From contig CBDCWG010000012.1 in the NCBI GenBank assembly GCA_965223345.1, positions 2,176,001 through 2,240,000 on the forward strand: a stretch of 64,000 nucleotides of DNA, given 5' to 3'. Position 1 is the stretch's first letter. Each line of letters starts with the position of its first letter. Source of the DNA: Nitrospinales bacterium (lineage in GTDB: Bacteria > Nitrospinota > Nitrospinia > Nitrospinales > VA-1). The notes below the pieces were generated by a model. That model was not told where the DNA came from. It searched no databases and saw only the letters and a program-made list of their open reading frames with translations. A program made the translations under genes and the position numbers. Positions 41,424 to 51,757 of this stretch are shown piece by piece.

Positions 41424-43295
41424 GTGCTCGATCAAACCGCATCCAGAATCCGTATTCTGTCAGACGATCTGGCCAACCAGATCGCCGCAGGCGAAGTGGT
41501 GGAACGTCCGGCTTCGGTGGTGAAGGAACTGGTGGAAAATTCCATCGACGCGGGCGCCACCCGCATTCTGGTGGACATCGAGGCCGGCGGAAAAAAACGC
41601 ATTCAGATCACCGACAACGGCACGGGCATGAACGCGGAGGACGCGCGGCTCGCCTTTTCCCGGCATTCCACCAGCAAGATCGCCGCCGCGGAGGACCTGG
41701 CAGGCATCCGGACGCTGGGGTTTCGCGGCGAGGCGCTGCCGAGCATCGCATCGGTGGCCAAGGTGCGCCTCAAAACGGCGGTGGACGAGAGCCGGGGCGG
41801 CACGCAGGTGGTGATCGAGGGCGGCGGCGACCCGGCCGTCAAAGACATCGCCCGCGCCCGCGGCACCGATCTGGAAGTGGCGCAGATCTTTTTCAACACG
41901 CCGGCGCGCAAAAAATTCCTCAAAGGCGACTCGACCGAGTTTTCCCATATCGTGCAGGTGGTCACGCAGCAGGCGCTGGCGCGTCCGCACATCCACTTCA
42001 CATTGAAGCACAACGGCCGGGAGATCATCAACACCCTGCCCACCGAACAGCTCTTGTACCGCATCGCGGAGCTGTTCGGCAACGAGATGGCGAAAGAGCT
42101 GCTGCCGGTCAAGATGCAAGAGGGCGGATATTACCTGGAAGGATTCGTGTCAAGCCCGATTTACACGCGTTCCAACCGCTCGGCGCAGTATTGTTTCATC
42201 AACGGCCGTTGCGTGCGCGACAAGGTCATCCTGCACGCGACGCAGCAGGGATACAGCCACCTTTTGCCCAAAGGACGGCATCCGGTGATTTTCCTGATGC
42301 TGTCGATGGATGCCACGCTGCTCGATGTCAACGTGCACCCGAGCAAGGCGGAAGTGCGGTTCGCCTATCAGCAGGAGGTGCACCGCCTGGTCAGCGAAGG
42401 CGTGCGCCGGGCGCTGTCCACGAAAGTGAGCGAGCCTTTTCCGCAGGCTCAGGAACTCGCCACAGAAGAAACGCAATCGGTGGCCGAACCCTCTGTGAGT
42501 TACAACGCTCCTCCCACGCCAGGCCGTGCGCCGGCTTCCTGGAAACCGGATCGGCCTGCGTTTTCCAATCCGGCAGGCGAGGGCTTCACCCAGGCGCTGC
42601 GCATGATGGCGACCGGTTGCGGTCCGGCGGATGCGTCCGCAAGGCAGCGCGCGGACGCGGAGCGGCAGCGGCCGGTGTTTTTCGACAGCACGCCCCAGCC
42701 GGTGTCGCGGCTGATCTTTTCGGAGTTCGAACCGTTGGGGCAGCTCGACCGCTCTTTCATCATCATGCAGGGGAAGGCGGGGATGGTGGTGGTGGACCAG
42801 CACGTTGCGCACGAGCGCATCCTGTACGAGCGGTTCCGCAACGCGGCGCGCAACCGCAAGATCGAGGTGCAGCAGCTTTTGTTTCCGCAGAATGTGGAAT
42901 TGCCGCCGGGCGAGGCGGAACTGTTGAACGCTCAGCGGGAGAAACTCGGCGAGCTGGGGCTGGATTTCGAGCCCTTCGGCGCGAACACCTTCGTGGTGCG
43001 CGCAGTGCCTGCGATTCTCAAGAACAACGATCCGGAGGAGATCCTAAAGGAAATCGCGCAGTTGCTGCCCAGGCAGGACGATCCCAAAATCGTGGAGGAA
43101 AAATTCGAGGACATTCTCATCATGATGTCCTGCCGCAACGCCATCAAGGTCAACCACACCCTCAACCTGGATCAGATCCGCAAGCTGATCGCCGACCTGG
43201 AGCAGACGGAAATGCCCTTCACCTGCCCGCACGGCCGGCCCATCGCGTTGTTTTTCGACATCGACTCTATTCTGAAAAAATTTCTGCGCAAGTGA
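41424..43295 (+). CDS. mutL: DNA mismatch repair protein MutL
   Basis: NQIAAGEVVERPASVVKELVENSIDAG, GFRGEAL, DQHVAHERILYE, CPHGRP; start set at GTG 41424. Confidence 0.96.
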   Translation: MLDQTASRIRILSDDLANQIAAGEVVERPASVVKELVENSIDAGATRILVDIEAGGKKRIQITDNGTGMNAEDARLAFSRHSTSKIAAAEDLAGIRTLGFRGEALPSIASVAKVRLKTAVDESRGGTQVVIEGGGDPAVKDIARARGTDLEVAQIFFNTPARKKFLKGDSTEFSHIVQVVTQQALARPHIHFTLKHNGREIINTLPTEQLLYRIAELFGNEMAKELLPVKMQEGGYYLEGFVSSPIYTRSNRSAQYCFINGRCVRDKVILHATQQGYSHLLPKGRHPVIFLMLSMDATLLDVNVHPSKAEVRFAYQQEVHRLVSEGVRRALSTKVSEPFPQAQELATEETQSVAEPSVSYNAPPTPGRAPASWKPDRPAFSNPAGEGFTQALRMMATGCGPADASARQRADAERQRPVFFDSTPQPVSRLIFSEFEPLGQLDRSFIIMQGKAGMVVVDQHVAHERILYERFRNAARNRKIEVQQLLFPQNVELPPGEAELLNAQREKLGELGLDFEPFGANTFVVRAVPAILKNNDPEEILKEIAQLLPRQDDPKIVEEKFEDILIMMSCRNAIKVNHTLNLDQIRKLIADLEQTEMPFTCPHGRPIALFFDIDSILKKFLRK

Positions 43296-43329
43296 ACGGC
43301 GCGCCGGCCGCGGCGACCCTGCGAACGGC

Positions 43330-43884
43330 TCAGCCCTTGACGGTGATCTTTTTGATGGAGCGGGCCATCTGCTTGAGGCGCGCGGCGTTTTTCGCCTTGA
43401 CCACTTTCTTCGCGACTTTTTTCCTGCGACCGGGTTTCGCTGCGGGCTTCGTGTTGTTGAGCGCCCATTCCAGGTCGAGCAGGTATTTGCCCTTGGTCAT
43501 CCTGTCCATCTTGCGGAACGTGGACAGCAGCTTTTTCTCGCTTTTGTTGGTGCTGATGAGAAAGTCCGGCTTGAGCCCCTTGAACATCAGGCGGCCTTCG
43601 TCGAGCCCGCCGCTGATCACTTCCAGCTTTTTCGAGTTTTTCGGGATGGATTCGGTGTCCGGGACTTTGAGATCGTCTTCGTCGATCCGCGTGGTCAGGA
43701 GCCGGTCGAGAGACAGATTGCCGAGCTTGGCGAGTTTGACCAGAAGCGATATGGGGGCATCCCGCTCGCCCGCCTCGTAGCGGACATAGGTCCGAAATCC
43801 GATGTCCAGAACTTCGGACAGGGCCATTTGCGTGCAGTTGAGATTTTTTCGAATGGTCTTCAGGTTTTCAGACAGAATGGTCAT
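43330..43884 (-). CDS. XRE-family HTH protein with basic C-terminus
   Basis: NLKTIRK..TQMALSEVLDI..YVRYEAGERD. Confidence 0.78.
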   Translation of the reverse strand: MTILSENLKTIRKNLNCTQMALSEVLDIGFRTYVRYEAGERDAPISLLVKLAKLGNLSLDRLLTTRIDEDDLKVPDTESIPKNSKKLEVISGGLDEGRLMFKGLKPDFLISTNKSEKKLLSTFRKMDRMTKGKYLLDLEWALNNTKPAAKPGRRKKVAKKVVKAKNAARLKQMARSIKKITVKG

Positions 43885-43940
43885 CGTTTTTTGGGTTTCG
43901 AGTGGATTAATGAGGGTAAACCCAAATGTAGCAGAAAAAA

Positions 43941-44702
43941 TCAGGCCAGTTCAATGCCATTCTTTTTGAGAAATTTGTAAGCCTCTTCAATCCAATAACG
44001 TTCCTTCTCCAATTTGTATTCCGGAAGGTCCTTGGAAGATCCGATGAGGCTTTTCATCTGCGCGATGGCTTCCTGTTTTTTGCCCAGCTTGTCGAGCAGG
44101 CGCCCGTAGTGGTAGTAGGCTTTGAAGAAGGCGAAGGAGTTGATCACCTCGCGGTACATGTTGAGTGCCTTGTCGTCCTGTCCTGCAAGGCGGTAGCATT
44201 CAGCCAGCCCGAAAATGGCGTTGCCGTAGTCGTATTTTTTGTCGAGGGCGACGAGTTCCTCCAGGATTTCCGCCGCTTCCTCGTATTTGCCCAGGGCGTG
44301 GTAGCTTTTGGCCATGCCGTAGCGCGCCTCGTTCATTTCGGGATCTTTCTTGATCGCCTCTTCGAACTGGGGAATGGCGAGCTGGTATTTCTTCTGTTCG
44401 AGGTAGGCCTGTCCCAGCTTTTCGTAGTGATAGGCTTTCTGGTACTTGCCGATCAATTCCTTGAGCTGCAGGGTTTCCTCGGTCTCCACCTCCTTGGGCG
44501 GGGCAGCGGGGGAGAACAGCTGCACGGGTTTGGCGCCGCCACCCTGACCGGCTTTGGACTTGACGGCGAAGTAATACACCACCGCGCCGATGGGAAACAG
44601 CACCACCATGATGATGATCCACACGAAATGTTCTTTGCGCTGAATGCAGTCCAGACACATCCAGACCATGAACGCCAATGCGACTATGATGATTACATCC
44701 AT
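43941..44702 (-). CDS. Membrane-anchored TPR protein
   Basis: Two N-terminal TM segments then TPRs. Confidence 0.78.
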   Translation of the reverse strand: MDVIIIVALAFMVWMCLDCIQRKEHFVWIIIMVVLFPIGAVVYYFAVKSKAGQGGGAKPVQLFSPAAPPKEVETEETLQLKELIGKYQKAYHYEKLGQAYLEQKKYQLAIPQFEEAIKKDPEMNEARYGMAKSYHALGKYEEAAEILEELVALDKKYDYGNAIFGLAECYRLAGQDDKALNMYREVINSFAFFKAYYHYGRLLDKLGKKQEAIAQMKSLIGSSKDLPEYKLEKERYWIEEAYKFLKKNGIELA

Positions 44703-44804
44703 AGATTCATCGTTTTGTTGAGAATTCTAAGAGAAAACCCCTCAGCGGCGGACGCAGGCATCCGCCCGGGAGCGGTTTTCAGTGGAAACGGACTGCGCGG
44801 CGCG

Positions 44805-45155
44805 TCACTTCTCGACGACCTGATTCTGCTCGTTGAGAAGCACGACCTTGGGCGCGAATGTGTCCGAATCACTGTCCATAATACCATAAGCCACAATGAT
44901 GATGCGATCATTTATCTGCGCCATCCGGGCCGCCGCCCCGTTGAGAGCGATGGTTCCGGAACCGCGTTCGCAGGTGATCGCGTAGGTGATCAGGCGGCCG
45001 CCGGTATTGATATTGAACACATGGACCTGCTCGTAGGGCACAATGCCCACGCGGTCCATCAGATCCGGGTCGATCTCGATGCTGCCTTCGTAATCCATCT
45101 TCGTGCCTGTGACCCGGGCCCGGTGAAGCTTTGATTTTAACATTATTCGCTGCAT
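44805..45155 (-). CDS. panD: Aspartate 1-decarboxylase
   Basis: MLKSKLHRARVT, YEGSIEID, NGAAAR. Confidence 0.95.
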   Translation of the reverse strand: MQRIMLKSKLHRARVTGTKMDYEGSIEIDPDLMDRVGIVPYEQVHVFNINTGGRLITYAITCERGSGTIALNGAAARMAQINDRIIIVAYGIMDSDSDTFAPKVVLLNEQNQVVEK

Positions 45156-46003
45156 TTCGCTCTCCTGACGAGGCAATTGTCGATCAATCGTGTGTCTCCG
45201 ACGCGCACGGCCAGAGCGATGAGGGACGGATCCTGGATCGTGTCCTGCTCAATGAAGTTCTCCGGGTCGCAGATGGAGATGTAATCCACCTCGGTGCCGC
45301 CCCGGCTCTCCAGGATGCGCGTGATTTCCTGCCGCAGGGTGGCGGCGGAAGTTTCTCCCTGTGCCGCCAGATCGCGTGCGGTCTCCAGGGCTTGCGACAG
45401 GGAAAGCGCGACGATGCGCTGTTCCCCGCTTAAATATTCGTTGCGCGAACTCATGGCCAGCCCGTCTTTTTCCCGCACGATCGGGCAGCGCACGATGTCC
45501 ACATCGAGGTTCAGGTCGCGCACCAGCGTTTCCACCACCGCCAGCTGCTGCCAGTCCTTTTCGCCGAAAAAGGCTTTGTGGGGCCGGACGATGTTGAACA
45601 GTTTCAACACCACCGTGGCCACACCTTGAAAGAAACCCGGACGGCTTTTTCCGCACAGGGCGCCGGTGATGGTTTCGACGTTGACGAAGGTTTTGTAGCC
45701 TGCGGGATACATGGCGGACGCTTCGGGGCAGAACATCACGTCCACCCCCGCCAGATCCAGCTTGGCCTTGTCGCCCTTGAAGTCGCGCGGATAGATGTCG
45801 AGATCCTCATTCTCGCCGAACTGGGTGGGGTTGACGAAAACGCTGACCACCGTCACCTGCGCGTTGAGGAACGATTGTTCCACCAGACTCAGGTGCCCCT
45901 GGTGCAGGCCGCCCATGGTCGGCACGAAACCGATGGTTTTGCCGTCTTTGCGCACCCGTTCGCTGAAGGCGCGCATGTCCGCAATGGAAGTGAGTATTTT
46001 CAT
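45143..46003 (-). CDS. panC: Pantoate-beta-alanine ligase
   Basis: FVPTMGGLHQGH, FVNPTQF, FGEKD, GLAMSSRN, RLIDN. Confidence 0.96.
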   Translation of the reverse strand: MKILTSIADMRAFSERVRKDGKTIGFVPTMGGLHQGHLSLVEQSFLNAQVTVVSVFVNPTQFGENEDLDIYPRDFKGDKAKLDLAGVDVMFCPEASAMYPAGYKTFVNVETITGALCGKSRPGFFQGVATVVLKLFNIVRPHKAFFGEKDWQQLAVVETLVRDLNLDVDIVRCPIVREKDGLAMSSRNEYLSGEQRIVALSLSQALETARDLAAQGETSAATLRQEITRILESRGGTEVDYISICDPENFIEQDTIQDPSLIALAVRVGDTRLIDNCLVRRAKCSE

Positions 46004-46021
46004 GGCTGCACCCTCCTTGCT

Positions 46022-46873
46022 TCAGCGTTCTTCCACTTTCTTGAGCGGCGTTTTCTCGGATGTGTAGGAATGCGCTTCACCGGGGAAATCGCCGGCCCGC
46101 ACTTCGCGGATGTACTCGTCCACCGCCTGGGTGACCGCGGGCGCCAGCTCGGCGTATTTTTTCACGAACTTGGGCGTGAACTCGGTGTTGAGTCCCAAAA
46201 GATCGTGCATCACCAGAATCTGCCCGTCGCAGTGCGGCCCCGCGCCGATGCCGATGGTCGGGACTTTCAGATCGGCTGTGATCTGCTCGGCCAGCTCGGA
46301 AGGAATGCCTTCCAGCACCACCGAGAAGACGCCGGCCTTTTCCAGCTCTTTCGCGTCCTGGCGGATCTGCCGGGCTTCGAGAAAATTTTTCCCCTGCACG
46401 CGGTAGCCGCCCATCTGGTGCACGGACTGCGGCGTGAGCCCGATGTGCCCCATCACGGGAATCCCGGCGTTCACCACCGCCCGCACCCGGTCGGCCATGC
46501 GCGCGCCGCCTTCCAGTTTCACGGCGGCGGCGTTGCCCTCCTGCAGGAAGCGGCCGGCGTTTTCGACCGCCTGCGCGTCGGAGACCTGATAGGACATGAA
46601 CGGCATGTCTCCCACCAGCAGGCTGTAGCGGTTGCCGCGGCTGACCGCCCGCGTGTGCAGGATCATTTCGTCCATGGTGACGGGCAGGGTGTTTTCGTGA
46701 CCCAGAGACATCATGGCCAGCGAGTCGCCCACCAGCAGGATGTCGATGTCCGTCGCATCGAGAAGCCGCGCGAACGTGTAATCGTAAGCGGTGAGCGCGG
46801 TGATTTTGTTTTTCGAATTTTTTCTTCCCAGAATGCCGGGAACGGTCTTGAGTTTTTTATCCTGTTTGTTCAT
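46022..46873 (-). CDS. panB: 3-methyl-2-oxobutanoate hydroxymethyltransferase
   Basis: LTAYD, LVGDS, DMPFMSY, VKLEGG, GHIGLTPQ, GIGAG; start set at ATG 46873. Confidence 0.96.
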   Translation of the reverse strand: MNKQDKKLKTVPGILGRKNSKNKITALTAYDYTFARLLDATDIDILLVGDSLAMMSLGHENTLPVTMDEMILHTRAVSRGNRYSLLVGDMPFMSYQVSDAQAVENAGRFLQEGNAAAVKLEGGARMADRVRAVVNAGIPVMGHIGLTPQSVHQMGGYRVQGKNFLEARQIRQDAKELEKAGVFSVVLEGIPSELAEQITADLKVPTIGIGAGPHCDGQILVMHDLLGLNTEFTPKFVKKYAELAPAVTQAVDEYIREVRAGDFPGEAHSYTSEKTPLKKVEER

Positions 46874-46939
46874 GCGCATCCATGACCGAGAAAAGCCAGG
46901 ATCTGAAAGGGGAGGGACGTCCGCCGGCGGGGACCGCAT

Positions 46940-46971
46940 AAAAAAAGCCCGCCGACAGAAAGCCGATGGGC
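46940..46971 (-). terminator. Intrinsic terminator in panB leader
   Basis: Minus strand gcccatcggc-tttct-gtcggcgggc-T7. Confidence 0.75.
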
Positions 46972-47063
46972 AGAAACAATCTCATCCATGCTGCGCCGGA
47001 TTCCTTGAGGCCGGTCAAACGGTCCTCATGAGACGCGATGGTTGCAATAGGATTCAGAATGCC

Positions 47064-47092
47064 CCGTCCCGGTCCTGTCAGGATCCAAGCGG
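47064..47092 (-). promoter_or_regulatory. pan RNA motif-like hairpin upstream of panBCD
   Basis: CCGCTTGGATCCTGACAGGACCGGGACGG bulged hairpin resembling the pan motif as recalled; upstream of terminator and panB. Confidence 0.65.
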
Positions 47093-47728
47093 ATTGTAGT
47101 ATTCACGCCCTATTTTATGGGTATTGATTTTTTTTATCAACTCCTGCAGGTCACCTTTTCTTTCCACGAAATCGATCTCGTTCGTGTTGATGACCAGAAG
47201 CGGTGTGTCGGAATAGTAAAAGAAAAAATTGTTGAAGGCTTTGTTCACCGCCTCCAGGTAGTCCAGATCGACGAAGGCCTCGTACTCGCGATTGCGCGTT
47301 TCGACCCGTTCCCGGAGAACGTGGGTGTCTGCCTGTAGAAAGATGACCAGATCGGGCTTGGGGATTTTTATTTTTATCAGATTGTAGATCTGGTTGTACA
47401 GCTGCAGCTCGTGGCCCTTTAAATTCAATGCCGCAAACACAGGATCGCGCTGAAACAGGTAATCCACGATGACGACAGAATTGAACAGATCCCGCTGGGC
47501 GAGGCTCAGATACTGGTTGTAGCGGCTCAGTAAAAAAAAAATCTGGGTCTGAAAGGCCAGCGCCTCCCGGTCCTCGTAGAAATTTTCCAAAAAGGGGTTG
47601 GCCTCGTCGTTTTCCAGGATCAGCTTGGCATCGTATTGTTTTCCAAGGAGTTTTGATAAGGACGTTTTGCCGGCGCCGATGGCTCCTTCCACGGCGATGA
47701 AGCGAGGCTCGATCAAGGGTTTTGTCAT
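47078..47728 (-). CDS. Deoxynucleoside kinase family protein
   Basis: IAVEGAIGAGKTSL, NPFLENFY, QIFFLLSR, PDLVIFLQA. Confidence 0.9.
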   Translation of the reverse strand: MTKPLIEPRFIAVEGAIGAGKTSLSKLLGKQYDAKLILENDEANPFLENFYEDREALAFQTQIFFLLSRYNQYLSLAQRDLFNSVVIVDYLFQRDPVFAALNLKGHELQLYNQIYNLIKIKIPKPDLVIFLQADTHVLRERVETRNREYEAFVDLDYLEAVNKAFNNFFFYYSDTPLLVINTNEIDFVERKGDLQELIKKINTHKIGREYYNPLGS

Positions 47729-47807
47729 GGTTGCAGCGGCTCAGCTCGTAGGGATGGTTGTCCGGATTCGGAAAGCCGGACCCCTCAATTCGACCCTCCG
47801 GATGGGG

Positions 47808-48173
47808 TCAGTTCAGATTCACGGCCTGCAAGATTTCCTTGATGGTCAGTTTCAATTCGCGCAGGTCTGCGGATTTGACCACGTACGCGTCGGAGGCCCA
47901 AACCCGAAAGTCCTGTTTATACCGGCCGTAAGCGGAGCACAGGATAACCGGGATGTCGCTTTTTTCCTCTTTCAGCTTGCGCATGAACTCGATCCCGTCC
48001 ATTCCCGGCATCTTGATGTCCAGGGTGATGAGATCCGGGTGGACCTTGTGGATTTGACGCATTCCCTCTTCGGCTGTGGCGGCTACGAAAACCTCATACC
48101 CCTCATCCTGCAGTTCTTCCTTGTAAAGGAGCCGGATGTTTTCCTCGTCGTCGATGATCAAAATTTTTTTCAT
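47808..48173 (-). CDS. Single-domain response regulator
   Basis: ILIIDDE, LDIKMPGMDG, YVVKS; start after GGAGGG. Confidence 0.9.
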   Translation of the reverse strand: MKKILIIDDEENIRLLYKEELQDEGYEVFVAATAEEGMRQIHKVHPDLITLDIKMPGMDGIEFMRKLKEEKSDIPVILCSAYGRYKQDFRVWASDAYVVKSADLRELKLTIKEILQAVNLN

Positions 48174-48294
48174 CGCACCCTCCATTTAGGGAGATCATTT
48201 TAGATTGCCACGAGGGTGTCTGCTGCTTTCTTTTCTCCTTAATTCACTTTCTAATCGGCAGGGGCACTCTTTGCTGCGGAGAGGGATCGAGAAT

Positions 48295-50208
48295 CTAATT
48301 TTTATAACAATCGGGGCTGTTTTGCAATGGTAAATGGATGTACACCGTGACGCCGTGCCCGATGTTGTTTTCAAAGCGGATGGTACCGCCGTGGTGTTCG
48401 ATGATTTTCCGGGAAATGGAGAGTCCCAGTCCGGTTCCCGACGATTTGGTGGAAAAAAACGGATTGAAAATATTGTCGAAAATTTCCTGGGGAATGCCGC
48501 CGCCGGTGTCTTCCAGGCGCACGGTCACGACTTTCTGGCCGAGAATGTATTCCCCCTGATAAGTCTCCACGTTGAGCTCGCCGCCTTCCGGCATCGATTC
48601 CATGGCGTTGAAGAACAGGTTGATCAGCACCTGCTTGATCTTCTGCCTGTCGAGCAGCAGGACGGGCAGGTCGTCGGATTTTTCCTGGTTCACCACGATG
48701 CTTTTGCCGTAAAAGCCCGAGCGGAACAGGTAGATCACCTCGGCGAGGATGTCGTTGATCTGCACCTCCTCCCGTTCGAGGACCGCGGCCTTCGAGTAGA
48801 ACAGGATGTTTTTCAGAAGTTTTTCCAGCCGCGCCACCTCTCCGGTGATGATGTTCGCGTAGGTGTTGAGGTCTTTGACTTTCTTCTCTTTGTCGTCCGA
48901 ATCGGCGGTGATTTTTTTCACGGTGTTCTGCAGCCTGCGGGCGAAACCGCCGATGGAGACGAGCGGGTTTTTTATCTCGTGCGCCACTTCCGCGGAAACC
49001 TCGCCGAGGGCCGCGAGTTTTTCCGATTGCACCAGCTGTTCCTTGGTGGACAGCAGTTCCCGGTTGGTCTCCAGGAGTTTGGTGAACAGGCGGGAATTTT
49101 CCATCGCCCAACTCGCGTGAGTGGTGAAGCGGGTCAGAAGCCGCAGCTGGCCCTCGGTGATCGGTTTGTTGTTGTACTTGTTGTCCACCAGGATCACCCC
49201 CAGCACTTCCTCGTGGGTGATGAGCGGCACGGTGGCGAAGGCGTTGACCCCGATGGCGTCGATGAATTCCCGGCTGACCAGGGGATGGTTTTCAGCGTCG
49301 GTCACGTTGAAGATTTTTTTCTGCACCACCGTTTCGGTCAGGATGTGCGCGCCGGGTTCGATGGGAAAGCTCAGGCTGCGCACGAACTGGTTGAAGGCGG
49401 AATTTTTGTATTCCTCCTTGTCGGTCTCGGAGATCACCCATTGCAGCGCGTCGGTCTCCTTGTTGCCCCATTCCTGCCAGATGCGGGAGGCGTCTTCCGG
49501 CGAGTCCGGGCCGAGCCCCATGGATCCCTGCAGAAAATCGCTCTCTTCGTTCACCGTGAACAGCATGGCGCGGTTGAATCCTCCGGCTTCGCCCATGGTG
49601 ATGCCGCTCAGGATGATCCAGAGCCCGTGCTCGAGTTTGAGGGAGGTCTGCACGGCCATGCTGATGTCGTAGAGGATCGTCTGTTCCTTGAGCAGCATCT
49701 GGCTGGCGTTGTACAGCATGGCGTTGCGGATGCAGCCGGACACCTGGTTGGCGATGGTTTCCATGATCAGCACTTCCGCGGGGGTGTAGTCGCGCTGTTC
49801 GAAGTTGTGCACGTTGATGACGCCGATGCACTGCTCCTTGAAGATCATGGGCACCGAAAGCATGGACTTGAACCGCTCTTCCTCGATCTCGGGAAAGTAG
49901 ACGAAGCGCGGGTCGTGAAAGGCGTCGCGCAGGGCGAGGGTCTTTTTCTCTTTCGCCACCCAGCCGGTGATGCCTTTGCCGATCTCCAGGCGGATGGAAA
50001 GGGAATCTTCCTTCGGCAGGCCCTGGACGCCCTTGAGATGCAGGTAGGGTTCCTTTTCATCGGTCAAATAGATGGAGCAGGCGTCCATGTGCATCTGGTT
50101 TTTGATGACCTCGATGATGTGCTCCAGGGTTTCATCGAGATCCAGGGTGGAGTTGGCGATGCGGGCGATTTCCTGCAGCAGTTTCAGACCCAGCTTGTCT
50201 TCATTCAT
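48295..50208 (-). CDS. GAF-GAF sensor histidine kinase
   Basis: Two GAF domains, AHEIKNPL H-box, N/G1/F/G2 boxes. Confidence 0.92.
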   Translation of the reverse strand: MNEDKLGLKLLQEIARIANSTLDLDETLEHIIEVIKNQMHMDACSIYLTDEKEPYLHLKGVQGLPKEDSLSIRLEIGKGITGWVAKEKKTLALRDAFHDPRFVYFPEIEEERFKSMLSVPMIFKEQCIGVINVHNFEQRDYTPAEVLIMETIANQVSGCIRNAMLYNASQMLLKEQTILYDISMAVQTSLKLEHGLWIILSGITMGEAGGFNRAMLFTVNEESDFLQGSMGLGPDSPEDASRIWQEWGNKETDALQWVISETDKEEYKNSAFNQFVRSLSFPIEPGAHILTETVVQKKIFNVTDAENHPLVSREFIDAIGVNAFATVPLITHEEVLGVILVDNKYNNKPITEGQLRLLTRFTTHASWAMENSRLFTKLLETNRELLSTKEQLVQSEKLAALGEVSAEVAHEIKNPLVSIGGFARRLQNTVKKITADSDDKEKKVKDLNTYANIITGEVARLEKLLKNILFYSKAAVLEREEVQINDILAEVIYLFRSGFYGKSIVVNQEKSDDLPVLLLDRQKIKQVLINLFFNAMESMPEGGELNVETYQGEYILGQKVVTVRLEDTGGGIPQEIFDNIFNPFFSTKSSGTGLGLSISRKIIEHHGGTIRFENNIGHGVTVYIHLPLQNSPDCYKN

Positions 50209-50286
50209 GGCGCGATCCCTGTCAATGGGGAGCGGAACGGGATACGAGGGTCAGGCTAGAGTGGCTTTGCGTGAGGGGTGGGCGGA

Positions 50287-51744
50287 TCATTTTTTCAGCG
50301 CCTCGAAGTACAGTTGCGAATACTTGCCCGCGGTCCGGCTCCAGCTGAAATTCTGCGCCATGCCGTTTTGCACCAGTTTTTTCCAGTGGCTTTGATTCCG
50401 ATAGGTGGCAAGGCCTTTTTGCACGGCTTTCCACAGCGAGGGGCTGTCGAACGAGTGGAAGCGGAACCCGGTGCCGGCGTGGGTGCGGGTGTCGAATTCC
50501 TGCACGGTGTCGCGCAGTCCGCCGACGGCGTGGACGATCGGCACGGTACCGTATTTCAGGGCGTACATCTGCGTCAAGCCGCAGGGCTCGTATTCGGAAG
50601 GCATGAGCATGAGATCGCTCCCCGCGAGGATTTTGTGGGCCAGAGCCTCATCGAAATCGATGACGGCGGCGCACCGGTCCGCATGGTTTTTGCTCAGTCT
50701 GGTGAAAAAGGTTTCGTGCCCGGGATCGCCGGTTCCTAAAAGCACGAAGACGGCTTCGGTTTGCAAAAGTCTGGGCATCAGCTTTTCCACCAGATGGATG
50801 CCTTTTTGTTCCGAAAGGCGGGTGACCATGCAGACCACGGGTGCTTTCTCGTCCACCTTCAATGAAAATAAGTTCGCCAGTGACTTTTTGCAAGTGCGTT
50901 TTCCCTGCAAGTCCCTGGCGTGGTAGGGCGTGTCGAGATGCGGGTCGGTAGCCGGGTTCCACTCGCTGTAGTCGGCGCCGTTCAGGATGCCGAACAGGTC
51001 GCTCGAGCGGTCGGTGAGGATGCCCTGCATGCCGAAGCCGAAGCGTTTGGTTTGAATTTCACGGCTGTAGTTCGGGCTCACGGTGTTCAACAGGTCCGAA
51101 TAGATGAGGCCGGATTTTAAGAAACTGAACTGGCCGTAAAATTCGGCGCCTTCCATTTTGAAACACTGCGGAGGCAGTCCGGAAGGTTTCACCTGAGCGA
51201 GTTTGAAATTGCCCTGGTAGCCCAGGTTGTGGATGGAGAACAGGGTGCGGGTGTCTTTGAACCAGGTGTCCTTGGCATAGAGCGTTTTCAGGTAGGCGGG
51301 CGTCAGCCCGGTCTGCCAGTCGTTCAGGTGCAGGATGTCGGGTTGATAGCCGAGCGCTTTGCAGGATTCCAGGATCGAGCGGCCGAAAAAGATGAACCGG
51401 TCTGCATTGTCCTTATAATCCTTGCCGCCCTCGCCGTAAATTCCGTCCCGCAGGTAAAAGCGGTCGTGGCCGATCAGATAGACCGGAATGGTTTTGTGGA
51501 TGTGCCCCTGAAACAATTCGCCTTTCTCTGTGGTTTTGCCAAGGGGGGCCGTGAAATCGACGCCCAGGGATTCGATCCCCGGTTTCGCCGTGGTGGCTTT
51601 GTAGCGGGGCATGATGACCCGCACCTCGTGACCCAGCTGCACAAGCGCCGCAGGCAGGGAGCCTGCGATGTCGGCCAGCCCGCCGGTCTTGGCAAAAGGA
51701 TGCACTTCCGAGGCGGCGATGAGTACTTTCAGTTTTCGATCCAT
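50287..51744 (-). CDS. glgA: Glycogen synthase
   Basis: KTGGLAD, HLNDWQ, IHNLGYQG, GILNG, EPCGLTQMY. Confidence 0.95.
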   Translation of the reverse strand: MDRKLKVLIAASEVHPFAKTGGLADIAGSLPAALVQLGHEVRVIMPRYKATTAKPGIESLGVDFTAPLGKTTEKGELFQGHIHKTIPVYLIGHDRFYLRDGIYGEGGKDYKDNADRFIFFGRSILESCKALGYQPDILHLNDWQTGLTPAYLKTLYAKDTWFKDTRTLFSIHNLGYQGNFKLAQVKPSGLPPQCFKMEGAEFYGQFSFLKSGLIYSDLLNTVSPNYSREIQTKRFGFGMQGILTDRSSDLFGILNGADYSEWNPATDPHLDTPYHARDLQGKRTCKKSLANLFSLKVDEKAPVVCMVTRLSEQKGIHLVEKLMPRLLQTEAVFVLLGTGDPGHETFFTRLSKNHADRCAAVIDFDEALAHKILAGSDLMLMPSEYEPCGLTQMYALKYGTVPIVHAVGGLRDTVQEFDTRTHAGTGFRFHSFDSPSLWKAVQKGLATYRNQSHWKKLVQNGMAQNFSWSRTAGKYSQLYFEALKK

Positions 51745-51757
51745 TCGGGTTCCGGTT

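Noticed and set aside
41375..43780. 801-aa alternate-frame ORF over mutL and similar long overlapping ORFs (734-2257, 3238-4851, 48334-50259)
   Set aside because: Arg/Ala-rich frame shadows expected in high-GC DNA
47532..47541. 10-nt homopolymer in dNK (also A9 at 59672 and G9 at 59615) as phase-variation tracts
   Set aside because: Frames intact; tracts explained by IFFL codons, uncertain csgE start and hairpin stem
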